NCBI RefSeq assembly: GCF_900167395.1
Contig: NZ_FUWK01000028.1
Coordinates: 1 to 32,000, forward strand
Length of the DNA stretch: 32,000 nucleotides
From: Nitrosomonas europaea
Lineage (GTDB): Bacteria > Pseudomonadota > Gammaproteobacteria > Burkholderiales > Nitrosomonadaceae
Reading direction: 5' to 3'
Positions 8,254 through 18,181 of the stretch are shown in pieces. Numbering within the stretch: position 1 is the first letter of the stretch; each line of letters starts with the position of its first letter. Both the position numbers and the translations under genes were made by a program. The notes under the pieces are model-generated. The model saw nothing but the letters and a program-made list of their open reading frames with translations. It ran no database searches and was not told where the DNA came from.

Positions 8254-10758
8254 TCAATATTCGAGGCGCAAGGAACCCAGAATGGTCAGCGGAGCACCAG
8301 GATAAATACCAGCACGTGGTGGCGCATTCACGAAAGGGTCGGTAGATTCGTAATAACGTTTGTCAAGAAGATTACGGATATTGACCTGCGCGATCAGACG
8401 GGTTGGGCCGAGCTTCATCCGGTAGGCGACAAACGCATCCAGACGAACGTACCCCGGCAACGCAAAGGTATTTTCATTATCACCCTGCCGCAGTCCGGCA
8501 GCGAATATGCCCATGCCGAACTGCCATCCGTTAAGCGGCTGGTAATGACGAATGTCATACTTGAGCCACAAACTGCCGGAATGCTCAGGCACGTTACTCA
8601 GGCGATTGCCTTGCAGGCCGGAATAATCTCTGGTAATGCGGGCATCAGTAAAAGCATAATTACCAATGACGCTGAGTTCATCGGTAATCTGGCCGCTCAA
8701 ATCAAATTCGATACCCTGACTGCGTGCTTTCCCGATTGCAGCAACCGCAAAAGGATCCGGACTGTTGAAATCGCGGGTCAGAATATTTTCCTTGGTCAGA
8801 TGGTAATAAGCGAATGTCATTGTCAGCCGCTGATCGAACCATTCGGCTTTCAATCCGGCTTCGAATTGCTCGCCTCTTTCCGGATCGATCGTCGCACCAG
8901 TATTGGTAACACCATTGTTGGCTCCGAACGAAGTTGTCCAGTTACCGTAAATACTGGCCCAGGACCACGGCTGATAAAGAATGCCCACACGCGGACTGAA
9001 GCCGTTATCCTTGCGTGTCGGTAAGTTGGCTTCGGCCGCTCTGAAGGAATCACCCCGTCCGCGCCCCGTAGTCGCCCACTCATAACGGCCACCTCCCAGA
9101 ATATGGAGCTTATCCCAAAGCGTGATGTGATCCTGAAAATACACGCCATACCACTCATCCTTAGAAAAACTGTGATTTTCCCCGGCAGGGAAAGGGGTTG
9201 CCAGCGCCTGAGCGTAAAATGAAGGATCAATGCCATATACCGGGTTATAAATATCGATTTCCAGACCCGACACCGGTGACAGATAATTACCCCGCGTCAG
9301 ATAAGTGCCGGTCGAGCGCAAGTAATCGAAGCCCACCAACGTTTGATGCCGAGTGCCCAAAAACTCCAAGTTACCTGTTAAATCGAAATTCGTCGTATAG
9401 GTTTGGGATGAGGAAATTTGTGAAAAGATATTGCGCAAATAGGTGCGGTTGCCCTTGCTTGGATCCAAAAACTGCGCGACCGTGAACGCATTCGCGGGTT
9501 TAACTGAAGTGTTATCATCATCGACAAAGGACGCCAGGAACCGGTTGCGCAAAGTCCAATCGGTATTGAAGGCATGGGTCAGATTGAAACCAAGATTGAC
9601 CCGGGAATGGGTATCGACAGGATCATCGGGATCGATGAAGGAACGGGTAACTGGAATCGGCGCGGGGCGGTCCCCGATTGCGAACAGACCTCTGTCGACC
9701 TGATAGTCCTCATGCAACGCTTCCACTTCCAGGGAAAGTTCGGTGGCATCATCAGGCCGCCACGTCAAGGCAGGGTTCACCAGCACCCGGTCATTAAAAT
9801 TGAAATCCCGGAACGACCGGTTGTTCTGATAAGAACCGGAAAAGCGATAGTTGAGCGATTTGTCCTTGGTAACAGGACCCATGCCGTCCCACTCGGTCCG
9901 GTAAGAATTGTAAGAACCGAAACGTTGTTCGATGGAATAATAGGATTCGCCACGCGGTTTTTTGGTGGTCAGATTGATCAGCCCGCCGGGCTCGATCCGC
10001 CCATACAGAATTGACGCAGGCCCTTTGAGCACTTCGATGGATTCCAGATTGGCGGAATCGAACATTGATTCCTCCCCAATAGACAAGCCCAGAGCGACCA
10101 GACCGTTACGATAGACCCGGCCGTTTCTGAAACCCCGGATAATGAAAGCGTTGCTTCGGCCCAAAGACGATTGCGGCCGCACGCTGCTGACGTTTTCGAG
10201 CGCGTCCTTGATCGTCGTCGTTTTCTGGTCATTCATCACTACCCGCGGAATCACCTGTATCGACATGGGCGTTTCCATGATCGGCGTATCGGTTTTGGTT
10301 GCCGAGAACGCACTGGAGCGACGATAACTTCTGTTATCCGGCGCATCAGGATCGATCACGCTGGTTATTTTCATTTCCGGCAAAGTCACTGCCTCTGTAT
10401 TACTGTTCGTGTGCCCTGCGGGGGCAGCTTCCAGTGTGTAGCGTCCCGGCGCATTCTCGATCACGATGAGTCCGCTGCCTTTGAGCAGTTGCCCGATCGC
10501 CTGCAGGGGAGTAAAGCGTCCATTCAGTGCGGGTGCCTGTTTGCCTGCAACCAGACTGGCATCAACACCGATGAGCAAACCTGCCTGAGTGGCAAGCTGC
10601 GTGATCGCCTGTTCGAGGGGCTGTGCGGCAAGATCGATTGCAATCGTCTGCTGAGTGACGGCAGACTGCGCAACGGCACTGGCCGATACGAACAGACCCG
10701 TGGCCAGCACCGATCCCAACAAAAAACCGTGACGTAACGAAACCGTTTTTATAATCAT
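8254..10758 (-). CDS. TonB-dependent siderophore receptor/transducer with N-terminal STN signalling domain (FecA/FpvA class)
   Basis: Start ATG 10756-10758 is preceded by GGGAG. Signal peptide MIIKTVSLRHGFLLGSVLATGLFVSASAVAQ. STN domain 'LEQAITQLATQAGLLIGVDASLVAGKQAPALNGRFTPLQAIGQLLKGSGL'. Plug 'IEVLKGPASILYGRIEPGGLINLTTK'. Barrel ends 'SLRLEY'. The track ORF extends to 10806. Confidence 0.9.
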   Translation of the reverse strand: MIIKTVSLRHGFLLGSVLATGLFVSASAVAQSAVTQQTIAIDLAAQPLEQAITQLATQAGLLIGVDASLVAGKQAPALNGRFTPLQAIGQLLKGSGLIVIENAPGRYTLEAAPAGHTNSNTEAVTLPEMKITSVIDPDAPDNRSYRRSSAFSATKTDTPIMETPMSIQVIPRVVMNDQKTTTIKDALENVSSVRPQSSLGRSNAFIIRGFRNGRVYRNGLVALGLSIGEESMFDSANLESIEVLKGPASILYGRIEPGGLINLTTKKPRGESYYSIEQRFGSYNSYRTEWDGMGPVTKDKSLNYRFSGSYQNNRSFRDFNFNDRVLVNPALTWRPDDATELSLEVEALHEDYQVDRGLFAIGDRPAPIPVTRSFIDPDDPVDTHSRVNLGFNLTHAFNTDWTLRNRFLASFVDDDNTSVKPANAFTVAQFLDPSKGNRTYLRNIFSQISSSQTYTTNFDLTGNLEFLGTRHQTLVGFDYLRSTGTYLTRGNYLSPVSGLEIDIYNPVYGIDPSFYAQALATPFPAGENHSFSKDEWYGVYFQDHITLWDKLHILGGGRYEWATTGRGRGDSFRAAEANLPTRKDNGFSPRVGILYQPWSWASIYGNWTTSFGANNGVTNTGATIDPERGEQFEAGLKAEWFDQRLTMTFAYYHLTKENILTRDFNSPDPFAVAAIGKARSQGIEFDLSGQITDELSVIGNYAFTDARITRDYSGLQGNRLSNVPEHSGSLWLKYDIRHYQPLNGWQFGMGIFAAGLRQGDNENTFALPGYVRLDAFVAYRMKLGPTRLIAQVNIRNLLDKRYYESTDPFVNAPPRAGIYPGAPLTILGSLRLEY

Positions 10759-11032
10759 GAAAACTCCCTGTGTCCTGTCGATAAAAAATGTGCTTCTGTT
10801 ATCCATGACACACGAGTCGGAAAATCGGGTAGTTTTGACTGCAGAATTGTCAATGCGCTGCTCCGGTCACAGATTGCACATTGATGAAAACAGGGTGATG
10901 ATGAGGTTTAAAGTTGCATGATTCGCAAAAATGCTGCATTTGCGAACCTGAAAAGGCGAAATGATCCAGCAAGCTTTGAAAGATTGTTTTTGCTGCCGTC
11001 AGAATCTGACGAGAAATTTAAAAAATCTCTGA

Positions 11033-14000
11033 TTAAGCAGATTCCCGGGACGGAATCCACTTCCTCCATTTTCCCAGTAACGGAAAATAAAGCGCCAGGT
11101 GCATAGGGCGATCTTCCATACGCTGCAGTACTTGTGCATAGCGATCCAGTTGCGGACGGTAACGCAGCTGTTCCCGATCGAGGAATTCCTCAAGGCTGCC
11201 ACCGGTATGAGACCCCGTCTTGTAGTCGATGATCCAGCGCACACCTGCTGCATCCACGAAGGTTCGATCGATGATGCTGACAGAAATCGAGTGGCCCGCT
11301 GCAATTGCCGTTGGAACAGACAGCGCCCATTCACAACGCGCTTCCTGATGCCGATTGCTCAGAATCCAGCGGCCCGTTTCATCTTCCACACACATGGTCC
11401 TGAGGGCTCGTGCAACCTGCTGCACCGCTTTTTCCAAATGCCGGGGGGTGATACCAGATTGTATGAGTAACGACCGCCCCGCCAGTTTGAGAGCTTCCAG
11501 ATCCTGATGATCCACATTCTCGACCCCGATCAGCCCGATACGATGCAACAGGCAGTGCACGACCACCCCCACCAGTCGAGCGGGCTCACCCGCCCAATCG
11601 AAATCAACCGGCTCTTCTGTCGTGCCGGCCTCATTCGCATGCATGGCAACTGCAACGGCTTTGGGCAACGGCGGGGGTTGCCAGCCAGACACCAGGCGCA
11701 CCATGCCAACAAGCTGCAAACCTGTATGTACATTCGATGCAGGCAAATCTCCGATAGCAGCTTCGCGCGATCGTGCCAGAAAATCTGCTGCCACGGCAGG
11801 CCATAACCTGGCCAGCAGGGTATCCTCCGGTGGTTTCAACGCATCATTCTCCTGCATATCCGGATCGATCCTGAGATGCCCCAGTAAATGCAGATTGTGT
11901 TTCGCCCGGGTAACTGCCACATACAGCAATCGCGCCTCTTCCAGCGCAGTCCGTTTCTTTTCTTCAGACAGGATGTAGGCGGAAATCGGATTTTTATCGC
12001 TCCCCGCTGCACTGATCGGCGCGCACAATAAACCCGGATGCTGTGACTGATCGTGAAACTCCAGCCAGTTGAGCAGCTTCTCCTGATCCCGTCTGGGAGA
12101 TTTACCCAGCCCCGGCAGAATTACTGTATCGAACTCCAACCCTTTGGCCTTGTGCAAAGTCATGAGCTGCAATGAATCGTCTGCCGCCACATCCGGCAGA
12201 GCAAACAACCGTACCAGCCGTTCATCCAGCTCCTGGATATCGGGTCGATAGCCGGTCACATCGAAATTTTCCAGCAACTGAAAATAGACTTCGGCGTCTG
12301 CCAGATCTGTTTCATTCTGTACACTGGCGGGCCCTCCCAGACTGACCCATATGCCCTCCACGCATCTTCTCAACGACATCCTGTCGTAGAGCATCAACGC
12401 ACGCTCCAGAATCGGCAATACCCTGTTCACCCGCTGACCGCCTTCTTCACTCAAAACACCTGAACCGGCACAGGCACGCAATGAATCGATCAGCACATGC
12501 TGTGGCAGCGTATTGGCAACGGTATGTAAATCCTGCAGGGAAAGTCCGCAAAACGGGGCGCGCAATAATGCCAGCCAGGCGATACGATCAGCCGGATGCA
12601 CCAGGGCCCGGGTCAATGCCATCAAATCCCGGATCACCACCCGTTGCGCCAGCTGTTCGATTTCCACTGCCTGGAAACGCAAGCCTTTTCGCCTCAAATG
12701 CACAACGATACTCGCCAGATGGCTGCGATTACGCACGAGTACGGCAATTCTGCCATCCGGTTGTGCAGCTCTCGCCTGCGCTACGATCGCCCCCACCTGC
12801 TCCGCCTCGGCCCGATCATCTTTTTGCAGATAAGGATAAATCCTGACCGCCTCCCCGCTGGAAGCCGCATGAAACGCTACGGAACTCGCATACGACACGG
12901 CACCGGTGCTTACGCTATCCGTATCCGGCAATATCCGTGGAAAATAGCGGTTGACCCACTCGACGATCCCGCTCTGCGAACGGAAATTGACTGAAAGACG
13001 CAGAAACCTCATCTGGATCTGGCCAAAATAGCCACTATCGCGAATATCCAGAAACAACCCCACTTCAGCCTGCCGGAAGCGGTAAATCGACTGCATCGGA
13101 TCTCCTACCAGAAACAGCGTGCGGCCGTCTCCGGTCTGCCAGCCGGCAGTCAGCCGCTGCAGCAATTCGGCCTGGCTGGAAGACGTATCCTGAAATTCAT
13201 CCACCAGCAGATGGTGAATACGATAATCGAGTGCCAGTGCCAGATCGGTCGGCATTTCCGGTTCACCCAGCGCACGGACAGCCGCCATAGCAATCTCGGT
13301 AAAATCCACCTGGCCGTGCTGCCGGAAAACCAGCAGCAAATATCCGGCAGCCACCTTGAGCAGGCTGAACAGGGCCTGCAGCGTTTCCCACTCTTCATCG
13401 GTATATCGTTCCGGAGGTAACTGCCTGAGTAACTGCAACTGCTGACGAAATGTCTCCTCGCTCTGCAAAGCCACCAGCAACTCACTCATCCGCTGCTTCA
13501 TTCCGTTCAGGTATTCTTTTACGTCAGCATCACGCACTGACGATGGTGCCGGGAACCCGTTTGCCTTCGTTACCTGTTTACGCCAGTCTCCCGTTTGGGT
13601 GAGCAGGAAATCCGCCATACTCTCCCAGACAAGACGATCTTCAAGTGCGTTACCAGGCCAACGGACTGTATTGCTATCGGCTGATCCTGCTTCTGACAGA
13701 TTGACCGCGGCAAACTGCATCAACTCGATAATTTCCGACTGGCAGCCGGCAGGAACAGCATCAGCCAATCGCTCTATTGCTTCCGCAATCCGGCCTGACA
13801 GCACGGATTCCAGACGATCACGCATATCATCCGAATTAGCGGCATCAACCACACCTCGCAACCATAAATCGCGCCGCGCCAGCATATCGGCAATCAACTG
13901 CTGCAATCTATCGAGACGATTATCCAGATGACCGATCAGATGTTCGATTGCCGCAGTCCACTCACCCTCTTCCTCCAGCGCCTCGACTGTCAAACGGGCT

Positions 14001-14500
14001 GCTTCCAGATACAATCTGTCCGCATCCTCTGCCACTGATGACAAGGCGCCCTGCCGGGAACAGACCGGCATACGGTCGACCAGCCAGGCGCACAAGGAAT
14101 CGATCGTCTGGATACGCAAACGTGACGGATTTTGCAGCAACTGCCAACCCCGCGCCTGATCATGCGCCAGTACCCGGTTTGCCAGCTCCCGTAACTGGCG
14201 CTGGTAAGCATCGTTCAGCAGTGCGGTTTCACTCTCCGCATCGCTATTTATATCACCAGCTGTATCGCGCAAAGCCTGCAGAATCCGATGCTTCATTTCA
14301 CTGGCCGCCTTGCGCGTAAACGTAATGGCAACGATCTCCTCCGGTTCCTCTACCGTAGCAAGCAGCACCAGAAATCGCTGCGTCAGTAACCCTGTCTTGC
14401 CCGATCCAGCCGGCGCTTGAACGATGAAGGAATGCCACGGATCAAGCGCCTGCTGGCGTTCTCTCTGATCTGGAATCTCCTGTTGCAAGACTGTGTTCAT
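11033..14500 (-). CDS. addA: AddA-type UvrD-family helicase with C-terminal PD-(D/E)XK nuclease
   Basis: Walker A 'VQAPAGSGKTG', 'ITFTRKAASEM', motif II 'LLVDEFQDTS', 'FLVGDPMQSIYRFRQA', 'LSVNFRS', 'MTLHKAKGLEFD', 'LLYVAVTRAK', nuclease 'RWIIDYKTG'. Confidence 0.85.
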   Translation of the reverse strand: MNTVLQQEIPDQRERQQALDPWHSFIVQAPAGSGKTGLLTQRFLVLLATVEEPEEIVAITFTRKAASEMKHRILQALRDTAGDINSDAESETALLNDAYQRQLRELANRVLAHDQARGWQLLQNPSRLRIQTIDSLCAWLVDRMPVCSRQGALSSVAEDADRLYLEAARLTVEALEEEGEWTAAIEHLIGHLDNRLDRLQQLIADMLARRDLWLRGVVDAANSDDMRDRLESVLSGRIAEAIERLADAVPAGCQSEIIELMQFAAVNLSEAGSADSNTVRWPGNALEDRLVWESMADFLLTQTGDWRKQVTKANGFPAPSSVRDADVKEYLNGMKQRMSELLVALQSEETFRQQLQLLRQLPPERYTDEEWETLQALFSLLKVAAGYLLLVFRQHGQVDFTEIAMAAVRALGEPEMPTDLALALDYRIHHLLVDEFQDTSSSQAELLQRLTAGWQTGDGRTLFLVGDPMQSIYRFRQAEVGLFLDIRDSGYFGQIQMRFLRLSVNFRSQSGIVEWVNRYFPRILPDTDSVSTGAVSYASSVAFHAASSGEAVRIYPYLQKDDRAEAEQVGAIVAQARAAQPDGRIAVLVRNRSHLASIVVHLRRKGLRFQAVEIEQLAQRVVIRDLMALTRALVHPADRIAWLALLRAPFCGLSLQDLHTVANTLPQHVLIDSLRACAGSGVLSEEGGQRVNRVLPILERALMLYDRMSLRRCVEGIWVSLGGPASVQNETDLADAEVYFQLLENFDVTGYRPDIQELDERLVRLFALPDVAADDSLQLMTLHKAKGLEFDTVILPGLGKSPRRDQEKLLNWLEFHDQSQHPGLLCAPISAAGSDKNPISAYILSEEKKRTALEEARLLYVAVTRAKHNLHLLGHLRIDPDMQENDALKPPEDTLLARLWPAVAADFLARSREAAIGDLPASNVHTGLQLVGMVRLVSGWQPPPLPKAVAVAMHANEAGTTEEPVDFDWAGEPARLVGVVVHCLLHRIGLIGVENVDHQDLEALKLAGRSLLIQSGITPRHLEKAVQQVARALRTMCVEDETGRWILSNRHQEARCEWALSVPTAIAAGHSISVSIIDRTFVDAAGVRWIIDYKTGSHTGGSLEEFLDREQLRYRPQLDRYAQVLQRMEDRPMHLALYFPLLGKWRKWIPSRESA

Positions 14501-14782
14501 CGTTCTAGTCCAGGTACATTATTAGAAACCATCATTGCCAAAAGCTACTGAGCGGCCCGGGGCAGTTCACACAGCCTGAATATAAGATTCGATTTCTATT
14601 CAAAGATCGAATTTACTTGGTTATTAATAGACCAGGCTTTATATCCAATTGAGGATATACAAATGACAAACTCTTAATTAAAGCTACCCTGTAGATGCAC
14701 CTATAGAAAGTGCTAAAACAAAAAACCTGGAAACCGGTGGATACAATTGCGACGAAGACTATGACTTTTTCTCTTTGAGAGA

Positions 14783-15928
14783 TCAGCTAACAGCTTTACA
14801 CAAAACCTCAACGACCCGGTCTTGCTGCTCTACTGATAAACCAACCCAGAGGGGTAACCGAACCAATCTCTCAGATTGTTGAGTAGTAATTTTCAGGTTG
14901 CCATGTATACGTCCGTACCGTAAACCAGCCGGGGAGGAATGAAGGGGCACATAATGGAACACAGACCAAATATCGTTTCTCTTAAATTCGTCAAGTACTT
15001 CTTGCCTATCAATTTTTGATGCCAATAATACATAATACATGTGGGCATTATGCTGACACTCTTCCGGAACGATTGGACGACGCAGAATCTCTTTAGCTTC
15101 AAGTGGCCCAAGCAACTCATGATATCGTTGCCAGCTTGCCAGCCGCTCGTTAGTTATACGGTCTGCTTCTTCAAGCTGCGCCCACAGGAAGGCAGCGATC
15201 AGCTCACCCGGTAAGAATGACGAGCCCACCTCCTGCCAGGTGTACTTGTCCACTTCGCCCCTGAAGAACTGACTGCGATCGGTCCCTTTTTCGCGGATGA
15301 TCTCTGCACGAAGGCTCAGATCAGGTGTATTAACGAGTAGCGCACCGCCTTCTCCCGAGATCACATTTTTTGTTTCGTGGAAACTGTAGGCTCCAAGATC
15401 ACCAATGCTGCCGAGGGCCCGCCCTTTGTAGGTTGACATCACCCCCTGCGCTGCATCCTCAACGACCTTCAATTCATGCTTCTGGGCGATGGCCATAATC
15501 GTATCCATCTCGCACGCCACTCCCGCGTAATGCACGGGAGCAATGGCACGGGTACGCGGCGTAATGGCGGACTCAATCAGCCGTTCGTCCAAATTCAGAG
15601 TGTCTTCTCTGATATCGACAAACACAGGAACCCCACCACGTAGCACAAAGGCATTGGCGGTAGATACAAAGGTGTACGACGGCATGATGACCTCGTCACC
15701 GGGCTGAATATCCAGCAATAAAGCAGCCATCTCGAGTGCCGCCGTGCAAGAGTGAGTAAGCAGACCCTTATTACATCCAGTCCGCTCCTCCAGCCATGCA
15801 TGACAGCGCTTGGTGAAAGGCCCATCGCCTGCCAAGCTACCATTGAAGTGCGCTTCAGCGATGTAGTACAACTCCTTGCCTGTCATGTGAGGCCAGTTGA
15901 ACGGGATGCGGTGATTTGTATTTTTCAC
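14783..15928 (-). CDS. wecE: dTDP-4-keto-6-deoxyhexose 4-aminotransferase, WecE/RffA-like (DegT/DnrJ/EryC1 family)
   Basis: Long stretches match E. coli WecE as I remember it: 'LLDIQPGDEVIMPSYTFVSTANAFVLRGG', 'PVHYAGVACEMDTIMAIA', 'VVEDAAQGVMSTYKGRALGS', 'IIREKGTDRSQFFRGEVDKYTW'. The GTG start overlaps the upstream stop (GTGA). Confidence 0.9.
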   Translation of the reverse strand: MKNTNHRIPFNWPHMTGKELYYIAEAHFNGSLAGDGPFTKRCHAWLEERTGCNKGLLTHSCTAALEMAALLLDIQPGDEVIMPSYTFVSTANAFVLRGGVPVFVDIREDTLNLDERLIESAITPRTRAIAPVHYAGVACEMDTIMAIAQKHELKVVEDAAQGVMSTYKGRALGSIGDLGAYSFHETKNVISGEGGALLVNTPDLSLRAEIIREKGTDRSQFFRGEVDKYTWQEVGSSFLPGELIAAFLWAQLEEADRITNERLASWQRYHELLGPLEAKEILRRPIVPEECQHNAHMYYVLLASKIDRQEVLDEFKRNDIWSVFHYVPLHSSPAGLRYGRIHGNLKITTQQSERLVRLPLWVGLSVEQQDRVVEVLCKAVS

Positions 15929-18174
15929 ACTCTCTCCAAAACCCTGCGTCGAAACGTTTGCGAAAACTTAAAAATAATCAGAACAAACAAGAAAATCCAG
16001 AAAACATGTGCAATCCAGGCGTAGCGGGCAAGAGGCTTGAATTCGAGACGTACTCGGCGAGTTTCTTGAGGCACTAACACGCCCTGAAACACTCCATTGA
16101 CCTCCACAGTCTGCGCGGCCTGCCAACCCTGATTGGTTTCTGCAAGTGCCTCCCAGTCGCGATGAAACTTCTGACTCAATAAAAAAACAGATGGTGCGGA
16201 GGAATTTACCTCAAACTCTAATACATCACCCTGATCCAAAATCTTGACGGGTGTGTTCGTAACCATACCTCGCGGGTCATCGAGCACAAGTTTTGTCGAG
16301 CTCATATCAAGCTGCGGGGGGGTTACTTGCATGCTGTCGCCCATCCGTGAAACCACCCGGTAAAGGTGGATACCCGATTCCTCACTCAAAAACTCCAAAT
16401 TTTCATGCGCCAGCTTGCCCGACGAGAGGATCAGGCTGATATTGCTCATCCAAAACATTGTGCCGGCATAGTCTGGGTCGATGGCTCCATTCCAGCGACC
16501 ATATGTCTGCACTTCCCCACCAAGCGCCTTGATCAAGGTGTGGTATCGGGTGGAAGAGAGGCTGTTATAGCTATGCACAGAAGACAGATCGAGTGTGGCG
16601 TTAAGGTTCGGCGGCAACACTGAAATCCCTGGGGCTGCAACAGCATAACGACTGCCAGCCGGCAGATTTTCCCTAACCTTCTCAACCAGAGGCGAGGTCA
16701 TCGCTATCTGCGCCGGATCTTGCTTAAGCATCAGCGGATAAGAGGTCATACCCAGAACCAACACAAGAGCCATCATCAAAAATAACGGACGGTATCGATC
16801 GTATTGCGCGATTAGTAGCCCAGTCACCAGCAGCATTCCGATGACAATCTCCCAATGAATCGAAATATGCTGCGAAACACCGTATGCAACACCAATCGCA
16901 ATCACTACCAGCGCAACTGCCGCTCCAGCAAATACGGCGCTCGAAAATTGACGGTGATGCGTGCGCCTGGCAAGAGCATCAATACCGAACGCAGTGATAA
17001 TGGTAAGAGGAAGTGTGATACTCCCCAGTGGCGTGCTTCGCGAAAGATTGAACCCAAAGTATTTAACACCCAACACATAGAGTGGATGTACGAAGGCAAG
17101 CAGGCAAAATATAAGAATCGCCAGCCACCACCCCCAGGTTTCCTTGAATGAAGTGACTAACGCCACGACTCCAAAGAAAATAGCGATCAACGTTACGCTC
17201 AAACCGTCGTAAGAAAATGGGAAAGATGGCGCGATCGGATTGCCAAAAATTTCAGGGATTGTACTCAGTACAAAAAAGCGAACCAGCTCAGTAAAGCTGG
17301 CGAACTTTGGAAGCACCATCGTGAAAAACGAGGGATCGGGTGCAACTCGTGCAGACTCGGACGAGAGAATGAACAGATCTCGATAAACAGGAAAAGCGAG
17401 CGCGGCTCCAACAACCAGAGCAGATAAAGCAAGAGTAAGGAATTTGGCAAGTTCAAGTCGGCTGACGCGTGCCTGATGGTATGCCAACCAGAGACCATAG
17501 CCACCCAGCAGGTAGGCATGAAAGACAACCGGCTGCGGGTACGCAGTCATCAGTAGACTGTAACCGCTGAAAGCCAACACGCCCCAGCCCAAAATATCCG
17601 GGCGTTTCGCCAAACGAGTAACAGCCCACAATGCCCCCGCTGCCCAGCACCACACGGCCGGGAACATGGGAAAGGTCAGCCAGTACATGAACAACGGAGA
17701 TGTCGCCAATCCTAGTCCTGCAATCAAGCCAGCTATAGGACTTAAGCCAACTTCCCTGGTAAACAACAAGACAAATAAACCGGCAAGGAAACAGAAACCT
17801 AATGACAACGTGGTGATGAAGCGCCAAGGGCCATCAACCAATCTGGTAATCACCCAAGACGGCAGATAGGCTGAACTAAAGCCTGAAATTTGATAGAGCG
17901 GCCGCCCAAGCTCTGTATTATTTGACCAGAGAGGTAACCAACCAGATCGGGCCATCGTTAGATGCTCTGTTATTTCTGGGATATACGCATTTGTGAAGTC
18001 ACTAAACTTTCTGTTCTCAATGAGGGAGCTATCTAAGTTTACAAGCTCAACGTGACCAACCTCTATCTCCTGCCGGTGTGGTGCTACAACGTAAGAAAAA
18101 AAACCCGAAAACAGTACAGCAGCTACTGCAATGTAATAGATCAACACATGCTTGTAGGAGGAAAATGGAAGCAT
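15925..18174 (-). CDS. Large polytopic membrane protein with C-terminal soluble domain; putative GT-C glycosyltransferase (YfhO-like)
   Basis: About 750 aa. After TM1 there is a loop 'MARSGWLPLWSNNTELGRPLY' resembling the YfhO-family N-terminal loop. Roughly 12 or more hydrophobic segments are followed by a ~250-aa hydrophilic region and a final TM. ATG 18174 is preferred; a GTG at 18222 is possible. Confidence 0.5.
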   Translation of the reverse strand: MLPFSSYKHVLIYYIAVAAVLFSGFFSYVVAPHRQEIEVGHVELVNLDSSLIENRKFSDFTNAYIPEITEHLTMARSGWLPLWSNNTELGRPLYQISGFSSAYLPSWVITRLVDGPWRFITTLSLGFCFLAGLFVLLFTREVGLSPIAGLIAGLGLATSPLFMYWLTFPMFPAVWCWAAGALWAVTRLAKRPDILGWGVLAFSGYSLLMTAYPQPVVFHAYLLGGYGLWLAYHQARVSRLELAKFLTLALSALVVGAALAFPVYRDLFILSSESARVAPDPSFFTMVLPKFASFTELVRFFVLSTIPEIFGNPIAPSFPFSYDGLSVTLIAIFFGVVALVTSFKETWGWWLAILIFCLLAFVHPLYVLGVKYFGFNLSRSTPLGSITLPLTIITAFGIDALARRTHHRQFSSAVFAGAAVALVVIAIGVAYGVSQHISIHWEIVIGMLLVTGLLIAQYDRYRPLFLMMALVLVLGMTSYPLMLKQDPAQIAMTSPLVEKVRENLPAGSRYAVAAPGISVLPPNLNATLDLSSVHSYNSLSSTRYHTLIKALGGEVQTYGRWNGAIDPDYAGTMFWMSNISLILSSGKLAHENLEFLSEESGIHLYRVVSRMGDSMQVTPPQLDMSSTKLVLDDPRGMVTNTPVKILDQGDVLEFEVNSSAPSVFLLSQKFHRDWEALAETNQGWQAAQTVEVNGVFQGVLVPQETRRVRLEFKPLARYAWIAHVFWIFLFVLIIFKFSQTFRRRVLERV

Positions 18175-18181
18175 GTGAATG

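Noticed and set aside
10922-10946. Perfect 8-bp inverted repeat TTCGCAAA-N9-TTTGCGAA, plus a 6-bp hairpin CGTCAG-AAT-CTGACG at 10997-11011 downstream of addA
   Set aside because: Neither is followed by a U-tract on either strand, and the stems are short. They could be a weak terminator or a regulator site, but I cannot support either from sequence alone.
10759-11032. Search for a Fur box or FecI-type promoter upstream of the TonB transducer
   Set aside because: I found only a TTGACA hexamer with a poor -10 partner and no good match to the GATAATGATAATCATTATC consensus. Not reportable without a matrix scan.
10918-11106. 62-aa plus-strand ORF spanning the addA 3' end and the intergenic region
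   Set aside because: It has no SD and no recognisable motif, and it overlaps the addA stop region. Most likely spurious.
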